50,890 bases of DNA from a virus (Duplodnaviria > Caudoviricetes): positions 1 to 50,890 of IMG/VR virus record IMGVR_UViG_3300009509_000071; one strand, given 5' to 3'. A program made the translations under genes and the position numbers. This document shows positions 9,993 through 19,329 of the stretch, piece by piece; positions within the stretch are counted from its first letter, which is position 1; each line of letters opens with the position of its first letter. The notes beneath the pieces were generated by a model, which was not told the origin of the DNA, ran no database searches, and was given only the letters and a program-made list of their open reading frames with translations.

Positions 9993-10432
9993 TTAACTCC
10001 TTTTGTATTTAAGGGAAATCCCTCAGTGCGCACAACATATTCAAATTGCTGCAGTATGCATGTTTTGTACTGGATCATCATTAATTCAAGGAGTCATTTA
10101 GAATGAAATACGATTGAGAATATATTGTGCGGACTGAAAGATTTAAACACAGGGCGAATGAACGCCCATGCGAAAGGATAAAATTACGAAACCAAACTAG
10201 CCAAGTTACAGACCGCTTCCTGTATGGCATAGTTTATTGTAAATACTAAAAACCAATAAACTTCCAAATAATGCCCACAGGGGAGTACACCACTCAGCGT
10301 GTGATCATATAGTGGCATACATGATCACGATGTACTCCAGCATAGGCATGTAACAAGAAATCTAAACAATAATAAGTTAAAGAAACATAAGGCAAATGTA
10401 ACATCTATGTCACATTTGCGCTTTGGTACGAG

Positions 10433-10462
10433 AATAATACACAAAATGTGTTTTTATGTCAA
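10433..10462 (-). promoter_or_regulatory. pL-like sigma-70 promoter with embedded operator
   Basis: TTGACA-17 bp-TATTAT on the minus strand; the spacer contains CACAAAATGTG. Confidence 0.8.
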
Positions 10463-10776
10463 GTAAAAATGCAATAAATATAAATTATTTTATATTTTTT
10501 TGCATCAATATGCATTTTTATGTTTTTTAACTTATTACAAAAGGTAGTTTTTATAAAAGTAGTTTATTGATAGTTTTTTAACCATGTGCTTAAAAAATAG
10601 ACAAAGTGTTATTTTTTGTAAGCATGGCATTATACCAGAAGTATGATCTATTTGTGTAAAAATTTACTAAAAATGATGATAAAAATGAAGATTTTTCACA
10701 TCAAGGCCAAGAAAGGCCAAGATCGCTAAGATTGGAAGATAAATATAGGGAGCAAATTGCCACGCTCCAAAGCACT

Positions 10777-11376
10777 TTAAAACTGTATTTCTGCAGCGAC
10801 AACTCTACTCATCTCAAGTTTCTTGTCCGTATCCCAAGAGATGAATAGTGGATCAGTGTCTGGGTTATCACCTATAAGTACAATAGTTCTTTTATCAGCA
10901 GATAATCTGTATCTTCTGATCCCATTCTGATCGCCATAGCTATAATGCACAATATCTCCCTCTGCAATTTTAGCATGAGGGTTACATATACAAGTAGCAC
11001 ATGGCTGTATCGTAGGTGTCATCGCATTTCCGCACAGTATAATTCCGTACACATCATCCCCTAAAAATGGCCTCTCAATATGAGGTAAGCCATCTGTTAG
11101 TAATGGCATCGACGGTACAGCAGACTCATCACTTCTACCAATAATGTAGATAGCTTGCATCTTTTGTGCATCCTCTGCTTCTCCTATTAGAAATTTTGGG
11201 TTTACATCCAGCACATCAGAGATAGGGTATAGATACTTTGTAGGTACTTTCTCTCTATCAAACCACGCCTGTAATGTAGTTGTGTTCACTCCCAATGCTC
11301 TGGCCAGATCTACTTTCTTTAAACCTGACTCATCGAAACACGAATTGAAAATATCAAATTTTATCTCTGCTGCCAC
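10777..11376 (-). CDS. CI-like repressor (HTH plus S24-like domain)
   Basis: N-terminal HTH 'KKVDLARALGVNTTTLQAWF', C-terminal 'CGNAMTP...LIGDNP'; divergent from a cro-like gene. Confidence 0.88.
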   Translation of the reverse strand: MAAEIKFDIFNSCFDESGLKKVDLARALGVNTTTLQAWFDREKVPTKYLYPISDVLDVNPKFLIGEAEDAQKMQAIYIIGRSDESAVPSMPLLTDGLPHIERPFLGDDVYGIILCGNAMTPTIQPCATCICNPHAKIAEGDIVHYSYGDQNGIRRYRLSADKRTIVLIGDNPDTDPLFISWDTDKKLEMSRVVAAEIQF

Positions 11377-11431
11377 TTAATCCCCTTTCTTTTTTTAAGT
11401 AATTCATTCCTTTTAATCCCTAATAATTCAA

Positions 11432-11461
11432 ATAGTAACATAATGTGAATATGCATGTCAA
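11432..11461 (-). promoter_or_regulatory. pRM-like promoter for the repressor
   Basis: TTGACA-18 bp-TACTAT on the minus strand; the spacer contains ACATAATGT. Confidence 0.65.
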
Positions 11462-11493
11462 TAGTTTTTCATAAAAAATAATTATAAATGTAC

Positions 11494-11522
11494 TTGACAT
11501 TAACTTACAAAATGTATATAAT
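11494..11522 (+). promoter_or_regulatory. pR-like promoter
   Basis: Perfect TTGACA-17 bp-TATAAT with ACAAAATGT in the spacer; the ATG lies 6 nt downstream. Confidence 0.88.
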
Positions 11523-11528
11523 GCCATC

Positions 11529-11759
11529 ATGCATTATTCACAAAAAGTAGTTTTATTAGCAAAAAGACACGATTTAACGCCTTACGCTATGGCTAAACAA
11601 ATAAATTTAAATCCAAATGCAGCAACCAACTGGTTTAAAAGAAGCAAAGTTCCTGAGAAGTATGCGATTGATATTGCAGACCTATTTGAAGTTGATCTTA
11701 GAAAGCTTCTTGATCCAAAGGTTAGCTTTGAGGATTTAATAGCTTCCACAAAGAACTGA
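11529..11759 (+). CDS. Cro-like HTH protein
   Basis: HTH 'TPYAMAKQINLNPNAATNWF..SKVP', similar to the CI N-terminal domain. Confidence 0.8.
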   Translation: MHYSQKVVLLAKRHDLTPYAMAKQINLNPNAATNWFKRSKVPEKYAIDIADLFEVDLRKLLDPKVSFEDLIASTKN

Positions 11760-11957
11760 CATTTTCAGTTCTTGATGGAGGCTATGGGATGTCCGCCAAG
11801 ACTTTTTCCCTTAGCCGAAAACATGCGTTGCACTACAGCGTACAACACTCGTATTGTACCTAAGTGTTTCTTGAGCCTTTATAAAACCATCCTTGCTCTT
11901 ACTCCCATAGTTGAGGGATGGTGGTTTTATAAGGCGTAATTCTATGGGGGAATTAAT

Positions 11958-12227
11958 ATGAGTCACATACATTCACTGCTTGCTTATCACACGCTTGCTG
12001 CTGATGGAACATTGAGCCGACAACAAAGAGAGATCCTTGATCTCTTGGCTGATGGAAAACCAAGAACTTCACGACAAATAGCAAAAGAATTGGATATGGA
12101 GCGCACTAGCGTTACTGGGAGAATTACTGCACTAAAAAACTCTTCAACTCCAGTTCTTGAAATATTTAGAGATGTCTGCCCAGATACAAATAAGGCAGTA
12201 GAATTTTATAGGGCGGCAAGAATATGA
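11958..12227 (+). CDS. Winged-HTH DNA-binding protein
   Basis: 'QQREILDLL...RTSRQIAKELDMERTSVTGRITAL'. Confidence 0.7.
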   Translation: MSHIHSLLAYHTLAADGTLSRQQREILDLLADGKPRTSRQIAKELDMERTSVTGRITALKNSSTPVLEIFRDVCPDTNKAVEFYRAARI

Positions 12228-12964
12228 ATAGCGAACACAGCTTCAATATTATTGCGGCTCAAGAACTAGGAATAGAGAAGTCTATTCTTCTTGGGTATAT
12301 CTCATATTGGTGCAGAAAGAATGAGGTAAACGGAAAGAATATTTTTGACGGAAAAGCATACACATATAACACATATGATGCCTTTGAAGAACTATTCCCA
12401 TACATGAAAAGTAGGACTATCAGAAAGCATATAAAAGAGCTTGAAGATGACGGATATATCGAGTCAAGAAACGATATAAACGACAATAAATGGGATAAGA
12501 CAAAATGGTATCATCGAACTGACAAACAAGTTGGCATCGAACTGACACAAAATGTCACATCGGAAAGTCAAAATATGTCTGATCATAATAATGAACAGTT
12601 CATACACAATTCAAACGCAGTTCATACACAAGATGCAGAAGATGCCATTTTCAATGCTTGGAATAATCTTGCTTCTAATACTGAACTAAGCAAAATTCAA
12701 TCACTTACAAAATCAAGAAAATCAAAATTAAAAACTAGATTTAAAGACTTTGCTGACTTTGATACTAAGTTCATTGATGCATGCGAAAAGATCATGCAGT
12801 CAAGCTTCCTTATGGGGAAAAATAGCAATGGATGGAAAATAACTTTTGACTGGATCATAGACAATGACTCGAATATCATAAAAGTTCTTGAGGGTAACTA
12901 TGACAGCAAAAAAGGAACTTTTGACATTAGCGGTAAAAACTACAATGAAAGAGAGGATTTTTAG
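12224..12964 (+). CDS. Replication initiator (lambda O/DnaD-like)
   Basis: N-terminal wHTH (WDKTKWY) and C-terminal 'FLMGKNSNGWKITFDWI...KVLEGNY'; upstream of a helicase loader. Confidence 0.8.
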   Translation: MNSEHSFNIIAAQELGIEKSILLGYISYWCRKNEVNGKNIFDGKAYTYNTYDAFEELFPYMKSRTIRKHIKELEDDGYIESRNDINDNKWDKTKWYHRTDKQVGIELTQNVTSESQNMSDHNNEQFIHNSNAVHTQDAEDAIFNAWNNLASNTELSKIQSLTKSRKSKLKTRFKDFADFDTKFIDACEKIMQSSFLMGKNSNGWKITFDWIIDNDSNIIKVLEGNYDSKKGTFDISGKNYNEREDF

Positions 12965-13603
12965 ATGAGTAAGAACGATTTTAAAACTCCTATGGATATT
13001 GTAGTTCCAATCGGAACAGAGAAAAAAGCTGCTGATGTTGTAGTCACATCTCTAACAAGTAATGTTGAGCATATAAAGCAATTTTCAAACATACCTAAGA
13101 GATACAAAGATGCAAAGTTTGATCCAAAGACAAAAGACCAAGAAAGACTTGTAAACGAAATAAGAGATAACTTTTCTGGAAAAAGAATTGATGATGTGAG
13201 TGATATGCTTGTTGTGGGCGGTGTAGGTACTGGAAAGACTCATATTGCCATAGGCGCATTGAACTCACTCATCGAAAAAGAGATCTACTGCAGATATGTA
13301 ACTGAGTATGAACTTCTTGATACATATTTCAGAAAAGAGTACACAAAGTTTGATGGCTTCAAGGGTGTAAGTGTTTTAGTCATAGATGAAGTAGGAAAGA
13401 GGGAGCTTGTAGATTGGCAAATGATACAGCTTGAGGAGCTTATCAGCTACAGATACAATGAGATGCTTCCTACAATTTTTATCACCAATAGAACAGTTGA
13501 TGAGTTTAAAGCATTTGTTGGAGACAGAGTTACAGACAGGCTAAGAGATAACAAGATCAAAAGAGTAATTCTTGATGGAGAAAGCATGAGAGGTAAAAAT
13601 TGA
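12965..13603 (+). CDS. DnaC/IstB-like helicase loader ATPase
   Basis: Walker A GGVGTGKT, Walker B LVIDEVG, TIFITN and DRL motifs. Confidence 0.9.
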   Translation: MSKNDFKTPMDIVVPIGTEKKAADVVVTSLTSNVEHIKQFSNIPKRYKDAKFDPKTKDQERLVNEIRDNFSGKRIDDVSDMLVVGGVGTGKTHIAIGALNSLIEKEIYCRYVTEYELLDTYFRKEYTKFDGFKGVSVLVIDEVGKRELVDWQMIQLEELISYRYNEMLPTIFITNRTVDEFKAFVGDRVTDRLRDNKIKRVILDGESMRGKN

Positions 13604-13654
13604 CAGCTCCATTAGGAACAATGTAAATAAACAATTTAACAAAGGAATAGATAA

Positions 13655-14158
13655 GTGTACAACAAAGTTATTTTAGCTGGAAACCTTACGAGAGACATTG
13701 AAATTAATTTTTCTCAAGGCGGTACAGCATTTGGAAAAACAGCGATTGCAACAAGTAGAAAATTCAAATCTTCAACAGGTGAGCAAAAAGAAGAGGTGCT
13801 ATTTATAGACTTAGAGCTTATAGGTAGAACAGCTGAGATTGCAAATCAATACTTACGAAAAGGCAGCAAGGTACTTGTAGAGGGAAGATTGAAACTTGAT
13901 CAATGGACTGCTCAAGATGGAAGCAAAAGAAGCGCACATAAAGTTGTTGTTGAGCAGCTTAAAATGCTTGGAAGCCCAAATGAAAATGGCAATAGCGGAA
14001 ATGCTGCACAATCTCATGGTGGAGGATATGGTGGGGCTGGAACTGACCAGTACAATCCTAGTCGTTCTGTAAATGGTGGGGCTGGAACTGATCAGTATTC
14101 TGCTCCAGCAAGCAATATTCCAGAAATTGACATCAACGAAGATGAGATACCTTTCTAA
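13655..14158 (+). CDS. ssb: Single-stranded DNA-binding protein
   Basis: NKVILAGNLTRD, KGSKVLVEGRL and acidic tail DEIPF. Confidence 0.96.
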   Translation: MYNKVILAGNLTRDIEINFSQGGTAFGKTAIATSRKFKSSTGEQKEEVLFIDLELIGRTAEIANQYLRKGSKVLVEGRLKLDQWTAQDGSKRSAHKVVVEQLKMLGSPNENGNSGNAAQSHGGGYGGAGTDQYNPSRSVNGGAGTDQYSAPASNIPEIDINEDEIPF

Positions 14159-14161
14159 TCG

Positions 14162-14416
14162 ATGGAGGTATTCATAGTAGTGATCACTCAAATATTGTTT
14201 CAATTCTTTAGGGCTTTGGGCGTAAGGGTTGAAGCTGGAGGCCATGCATATAGGGCAATGGTTTTCACATTTGTGATCCAGTCTCTTTGGCTGCTTTCTA
14301 CAACTATTGGAGTAAAAGCAATGCTTGAGGGAAATTGGATTGCAGTAGCAGCTTTTTTGGTTGCTGGCTCACTTGGAACAGGGATGAGCTTTTTAATAAA
14401 AATACAAGGAAAATAA
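14162..14416 (+). CDS. Small membrane protein
   Basis: Three hydrophobic segments. Confidence 0.65.
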   Translation: MEVFIVVITQILFQFFRALGVRVEAGGHAYRAMVFTFVIQSLWLLSTTIGVKAMLEGNWIAVAAFLVAGSLGTGMSFLIKIQGK

Positions 14417-14608
14417 ATGACACAATTAATAGATAAAAATGGAAATGAGATCGCTGTAGGAGAGCAAGTAATTGACAATAGAGGTATCACTGGAACGCAT
14501 GTTATTGTGTCTGGAGTTCACTCTGTAAAGTTTGAAGATAAGGGTAAAACTTACTACACAGTAATCAGCAAAATACTTCCATCTCAGATAGAAAGAGTAG
14601 CTGCATAA
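14417..14608 (+). CDS. Hypothetical protein
   Basis: 'DKNGNEIAVG' motif as at the start of YopX C-terminal domains; operon packing. Confidence 0.6.
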   Translation: MTQLIDKNGNEIAVGEQVIDNRGITGTHVIVSGVHSVKFEDKGKTYYTVISKILPSQIERVAA

Positions 14609-14883
14609 TGAGTGTACTCCCATCATCGCTTGACGAAAATAAGAAGCCAAAATATGTACGCAAGCCAATAGAGTTCAAAAAATGCGATGTAAAGCTTCCA
14701 AACTTGGAGGCGGTAAAAAGGCCGCTTTCAAAATCTTTGGATGCAGTAGTTGATATGGAGGCTGACTGCAATGAGATATTAAAGGTGGTAAATGATCTCA
14801 AGAGAGGGATTATGCTTGAGACTCTATCTAAAGAGAGACAGATTGAATATTGTAACAAAATAATGGAGATAGTAAATAGATGA
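14608..14883 (+). CDS. Hypothetical protein
   Basis: TAATG coupling to the previous gene. Confidence 0.6.
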   Translation: MSVLPSSLDENKKPKYVRKPIEFKKCDVKLPNLEAVKRPLSKSLDAVVDMEADCNEILKVVNDLKRGIMLETLSKERQIEYCNKIMEIVNR

Positions 14884-15533
14884 GGCCATCAACAAAAGAT
14901 TTATGTGGGTTAGACACTACAAAGTTAAAGGGAATAGAGTATGAGCTTGCGGTAAGGATTAAGCTTGATCATCTAATCAGAAAGAAAAATGAGCTTACGA
15001 AAGATCTCATGGATAGGTATAGCGATCAAGAAAACAAGGATTATGAAAAGACATCATACATAAACGGAAGAATTGTGTATCTTGACAAGGCAATAGCTGC
15101 AGCAGAAAGTGATCTTTCAGAGATGGAAGTTGAGAGAATATACTTTATGGGCAGCAGCATACTTGCATACTCTATGTATGAAATTGATCCAGAAAAAATG
15201 AAAGATTTTGAGGTTTGCGATGCATCCGATATTGAGGCAAAATGCGCATCAAAAAGTGATGGCGGTGGTGGCGCTAACTACTATGATCTTCCTCCAGATG
15301 CAAAGCAGCTTCTTGATCTTATTGAGTATAGAAATATGAATGGGAATATCAAAGATATTTTCAAGGCATGTTACAGGCTTGGCCAGAAAGACGGAACAAG
15401 CGTTGAGTATGACATGAAAAAAATGGTTTTGTATAGCATTAGAGAGCTTGGAAGAGTGCTTGGCAGAAAAGACTATATTAATCTTGCTATTGAAGTTGCT
15501 GGCCATCATGACACTACTAGGAAAGCATCATGA
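14880..15533 (+). CDS. Protein with C-terminal DUF3310-like domain
   Basis: 'GGGANYYDLP...DLIE..NMNGNI..IFKACYRLGQK....YD..K'. Confidence 0.6.
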   Translation: MRPSTKDLCGLDTTKLKGIEYELAVRIKLDHLIRKKNELTKDLMDRYSDQENKDYEKTSYINGRIVYLDKAIAAAESDLSEMEVERIYFMGSSILAYSMYEIDPEKMKDFEVCDASDIEAKCASKSDGGGGANYYDLPPDAKQLLDLIEYRNMNGNIKDIFKACYRLGQKDGTSVEYDMKKMVLYSIRELGRVLGRKDYINLAIEVAGHHDTTRKAS

Positions 15534-15673
15534 GCCATAAGAGAATTAAGAGAAGTGAAAACAAGTGCCTTTGGTTTGTGATAGAAGATGACAGGGATGG
15601 ATACACGATACTAAGAGTATGCATCAGTGAAGCTGCTGCAGAAAATGCACTTTCAAGAATGAGTCTTAGGTAG
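15530..15673 (+). CDS. Hypothetical protein (47 aa)
   Basis: ATGA overlap with the previous stop; fills the gap. Confidence 0.5.
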   Translation: MSHKRIKRSENKCLWFVIEDDRDGYTILRVCISEAAAENALSRMSLR

Positions 15674-15677
15674 CACT

Positions 15678-15950
15678 ATGGAATACTATAAAGCGATCAT
15701 GACATCCAGAAGAAAAAAGATCTGGAAAAAGCAAGATGGAATAGCCTTGCAATATGAGTGCGTAATGATAGAGAATGTTCTAAAAGATGGAGTTCCATTT
15801 AGGGATCATGTTTGGATAAAAGATGCAAAAAGGCTAAATGATATTTGCAGTGGGGATGTTTTCACCTTTACTGCAAGAATACAAGAATATGCAAATGGGA
15901 AAAAGAGTGGGCTTAGGCACATAAGGAATGTATCAAAGGCTGCTGCATGA
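15678..15950 (+). CDS. Hypothetical beta-rich protein (paralogue of 20447..20740)
   Basis: Shares FRDH.WIK..KRL...GD...TA....Y...GL...RNV. Confidence 0.65.
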   Translation: MEYYKAIMTSRRKKIWKKQDGIALQYECVMIENVLKDGVPFRDHVWIKDAKRLNDICSGDVFTFTARIQEYANGKKSGLRHIRNVSKAAA

Positions 15951-16270
15951 TGTATCCAAAAGATAAGCAGCTTGGAAAGAAGAAGTCAAATCCAAAAAAG
16001 ATGCCGAAAGGTGAGTATATAGAGTATGTTGATTTTGTGAACTGGAGAGCAAAAGGCAAGTGCCAGAATAGTCAATGCAGCAATAATGCTCAAGATATTC
16101 ACCATGCATACTTTGGGGCTGGAGGCAGAGATGATCGATACATTACTGCCATCTGTAGAGACTGCCATCATTGCATACATCATGGAACTGATACGGACAG
16201 GGCAAGCGTATTGAAGTTTGTGTTTAAGACTATAGGCAAAGAGAATTGGAGAGAGTATGGTAAACAGTAG
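15947..16270 (+). CDS. HNH-like endonuclease
   Basis: C....C....DIHH ... CRDCHHCIH. Confidence 0.7.
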   Translation: MMYPKDKQLGKKKSNPKKMPKGEYIEYVDFVNWRAKGKCQNSQCSNNAQDIHHAYFGAGGRDDRYITAICRDCHHCIHHGTDTDRASVLKFVFKTIGKENWREYGKQ

Positions 16271-16625
16271 AACAAAAGGGAAAACTGGAGAGCGAGAAGT
16301 TGTAAATATGCTCAAGGATGCTGGGTTTGATGCCGCAAGAAACTTGGATCAGGTAAGGGATGGCGGCCATGACATAGTTGGGATTAGTAATGTTGCAATA
16401 GAAGTAAAAAGATCTAAAGTTCTTCTATTGAGTAAATGGTGGACTCAGACTGTAAAACAGGCTGGAGATGATAAGTTCCCAGTGCTTGCATATAGGCTTG
16501 ACAGGCAAAAATGGAAAGTAGTGGTAACTTCTGATTTCCTATCCAAAGATTTACCCAGATCGATCACATTAACTCTGGAATGGGATGATTTCATATATTA
16601 TTTAAGAGAGGTTATAGATGGCTGA
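16257..16625 (+). CDS. PD-(D/E)XK Holliday junction resolvase-like nuclease
   Basis: SRTKGKTGERE, GHDI...IEVKR and WWTQ motifs. Confidence 0.75.
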   Translation: MVNSRTKGKTGEREVVNMLKDAGFDAARNLDQVRDGGHDIVGISNVAIEVKRSKVLLLSKWWTQTVKQAGDDKFPVLAYRLDRQKWKVVVTSDFLSKDLPRSITLTLEWDDFIYYLREVIDG

Positions 16626-18171
16626 CAAGTATTGCCCTAAGTGCAGCAGCACTTCAATGACAAAACTAAAAGATACTGCTCAAAGTGGAAAGTATCGATG
16701 GAGATGCAGAGACTGCAAGCATAGAACTACAAATCCGCATACTAAGCATCCATCTCATCAATCTGGCCTCAATATAAAAGACATACAATCCAAAACACTT
16801 GTAGTAACTAGCGCAATGGCAAATACAGACACGCATCAGGAAACACTTGGAGTTATTCTTAATTACTGTAGCCACAATGATGCGCAACTACTTGTAATCC
16901 CAGTAAAGTACAGAAATAGAGACAATATAAACATCCAGAATGATGAGCCTTTGACATATGATGATGCACTTGAGCCATATCTTTTGCGTAAAAATTATAA
17001 GGTAAACAAAAATCTTACTATCTTTGCAGAAAGATCGATCAACGCAACAAGAAAGAGGCCTTTGACATCTAAAGAAAATCTAGCAAAAGAGAGCAGTGGG
17101 ATCTTCGCACATGCCAATATGTGCATGCAAGTAATCGCTACAGTGAAAGATAAAATTCCAAAGATACTCCATACTACAGGAAGCATATCTGTACCAAACT
17201 ATTCAGACAGTGATCTTGGAGATGATGCAAGACTTAATCATACACTTGGAGCAGTAGTTGTTGAAGTATATGGAGATCTTTTTTTCATGAGACAACTAAT
17301 GGTTAAAAATGGCGTACTTTACGATCTTACTACAAAATATACTGGAAACTCTGTAGAGTCTGCAAGGCCAGAACATATATCATATGGAGACACGCATCAT
17401 AAGCTGATCACAAAAGAAGAGTATGATGCCATCTGGGGCAAAAATGGAATTTACAACATACTAAAACCTAAGCAGCAAATATTTAATGACATCCTAGATT
17501 TTTATGCAGACAATCACCATCATAATTCTGATCCACTGCTGCAGTACATGAAAACCATAAACGGAGATGAGTGCATCGAGACTGAGCTGCAAGAAGTTGT
17601 TAAGTTCCTAGATGATGTAGGCGGTGGAGTTATAGTTCCAAGTAACCATAATGATCATTTGACTCAGTGGGTAAACAAGGCCTTAAAGAATGGAATATCA
17701 AACACTGTATCACATAAGAATATGCCGATCATGGCAGAACTTGTATCGATGGCAACTTCTCACATCTCAGAACATGGCGAGTACCCAAATATACTAAACT
17801 TGTATCTCAAAAAGCACTGCAAAAGTAAACTGATATTCCCTAGTAGAAACCAAGAGTACAGGCCAGTATATTGTGACTTGAGCCAGCATGGAGACAAGGG
17901 AGCAAATGGAGCAAAAGGATCGCCATATGCATTTTTGAAGAGTGGAGTTCCTACTACTCATGGCCATTGCCATTCACCATACATTATAAATGGATTTGAT
18001 GGAGTCTGGGCTACTGGAGTTACTACAAAGAATATGAATTATGCAAGTGGATTAAGTGGATGGCTTTATGCTCACATAACAGAGTATGAGAATGGCCAGA
18101 GACAAATGATCATCATGATCAAGAATAGGTTTAGGCCTCCAAGCAAAATGCCTAAAAAAAGGCAATCTTGA
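16618..18171 (+). CDS. Zn-ribbon plus metallophosphoesterase, T5 A1-like
   Basis: CPKC...CRDC; VVTSA; HTTG.IS..NY; GDTH, SNHNDH, HGDKGANGAKGS and GHCHSP. Confidence 0.7.
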   Translation: MADKYCPKCSSTSMTKLKDTAQSGKYRWRCRDCKHRTTNPHTKHPSHQSGLNIKDIQSKTLVVTSAMANTDTHQETLGVILNYCSHNDAQLLVIPVKYRNRDNINIQNDEPLTYDDALEPYLLRKNYKVNKNLTIFAERSINATRKRPLTSKENLAKESSGIFAHANMCMQVIATVKDKIPKILHTTGSISVPNYSDSDLGDDARLNHTLGAVVVEVYGDLFFMRQLMVKNGVLYDLTTKYTGNSVESARPEHISYGDTHHKLITKEEYDAIWGKNGIYNILKPKQQIFNDILDFYADNHHHNSDPLLQYMKTINGDECIETELQEVVKFLDDVGGGVIVPSNHNDHLTQWVNKALKNGISNTVSHKNMPIMAELVSMATSHISEHGEYPNILNLYLKKHCKSKLIFPSRNQEYRPVYCDLSQHGDKGANGAKGSPYAFLKSGVPTTHGHCHSPYIINGFDGVWATGVTTKNMNYASGLSGWLYAHITEYENGQRQMIIMIKNRFRPPSKMPKKRQS

Positions 18172-18187
18172 GGCCACTATTGAATTT

Positions 18188-18430
18188 TTACAGACACTCA
18201 AATATGTATAGCGGATGGTATCTCTTTGTTACATAGCTATATTCTTGAGTAGATGTGATAATATGAAGCTTTTTGTCTCCATCTAGCTTACATTGTTGTG
18301 ATGCATTGCTAATATCCATTGCCTCATATATTCCACTTCCTTTTCTGTACACATAATTTGCAAGTGTAGGATCACTATTTACACATCCTGTAAAAAACAA
18401 TACTGCAGCAGCTACTATCAACTTTTTCAT
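18188..18430 (-). CDS. Small lipoprotein
   Basis: MKK plus hydrophobic core and FTGC lipobox. Confidence 0.75.
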   Translation of the reverse strand: MKKLIVAAAVLFFTGCVNSDPTLANYVYRKGSGIYEAMDISNASQQCKLDGDKKLHIITSTQEYSYVTKRYHPLYIFECL

Positions 18431-18441
18431 ATTTTCCCCTT

Positions 18442-18801
18442 TTAAATTTTAATATTAAGATCTTTGAAATACTTTATCATATGCAAGCAAGCATCGCATG
18501 TCACTCCATTCTTTTTTACTTGCTTGAAATGATATGTTACACTGTTCTCACCCTCTCCATAAACTTCTCCAGTACATAGCGCCCTTGAGCATCCATCAAA
18601 ATCTACAGATAGATGCCATACTGGATCATCAACTTTATCTCCATATAAATCAGTTTCTATCTTTACTACACCATGAAAGCCATCTAGCATTTTACATCCT
18701 TTCAAATTTATTATTGCATCCAATATGAGAAATCCAAACTTTTTGACTTGCTGTAATTGGGATGCTGTGTATTTTTCTTTGATGTGGAACACAATATCCA
18801 T
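18442..18801 (-). CDS. Hypothetical Cys-containing protein (start may be internal, near 18690)
   Basis: H...ALC and VTC..C motifs; the 5' part overlaps the next ORF. Confidence 0.55.
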   Translation of the reverse strand: MDIVFHIKEKYTASQLQQVKKFGFLILDAIINLKGCKMLDGFHGVVKIETDLYGDKVDDPVWHLSVDFDGCSRALCTGEVYGEGENSVTYHFKQVKKNGVTCDACLHMIKYFKDLNIKI

Positions 18802-18931
18802 TCCTTAGATGTTTGCAGTTCTCACAAGTACGACTTTCAAGATCGTCAAATATCTTATCAACGCCATCACCGCATCCTACTAATCCATACTCATCAATTA
18901 GAAAGTCTTTTGCTTCTTCTCTATCCATCAT
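18692..18931 (-). CDS. Hypothetical protein with CxxC
   Basis: 'ESRTCENCKH...C...GCN.KFE'. Confidence 0.6.
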   Translation of the reverse strand: MMDREEAKDFLIDEYGLVGCGDGVDKIFDDLESRTCENCKHLRNGYCVPHQRKIHSIPITASQKVWISHIGCNNKFERM

Positions 18932-18933
18932 TA

Positions 18934-19329
18934 TTATTCACTCCAGTAACTCATACATTCTTTAGCATCACTCTCTGGATCAGATAGATCAAGATCAGTT
19001 CCAATGCTATCAATGTATGCTTCATATTCAGATGTAGCAACTCCCAAGTCACCACAAGCAATAAGTATAGTCGATATAAATATTGCCTTATAAACTTCTA
19101 TGCCAATATCAGATTTTGGTTTTTTAACTATAATAAAATCACAATCCATTGTTAGAAAATCCATAAAAGAAATAACTTCACCACTTGATTTTCTTGTTTT
19201 AAATATTATGCGATCATCATTGAAGTGCTTTATTGCATCCTCACTTGCCTTAGTATAGTAATGGAAGTATTCATTATCTTGAACAGTAGCACCATTCTCT
19301 ATAAGCTCAATAGCCTTGCTTGCTTTCAT
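18934..19329 (-). CDS. Hypothetical protein
   Basis: Operon-packed ORF with an acidic C-terminus. Confidence 0.6.
   Translation of the reverse strand: MKASKAIELIENGATVQDNEYFHYYTKASEDAIKHFNDDRIIFKTRKSSGEVISFMDFLTMDCDFIIVKKPKSDIGIEVYKAIFISTILIACGDLGVATSEYEAYIDSIGTDLDLSDPESDAKECMSYWSE

Noticed and set aside
10703-10722. AAGGCCAAGA tandem repeat downstream of cI
   Set aside because: Only two short copies with no supporting context.
14028-14098. Direct repeat ATGGTGGGGCTGGAACTGA(C/T)CAGTA in ssb
   Set aside because: It is an in-frame duplication (GGAGTDQY) in the disordered linker, which is ordinary for SSB.
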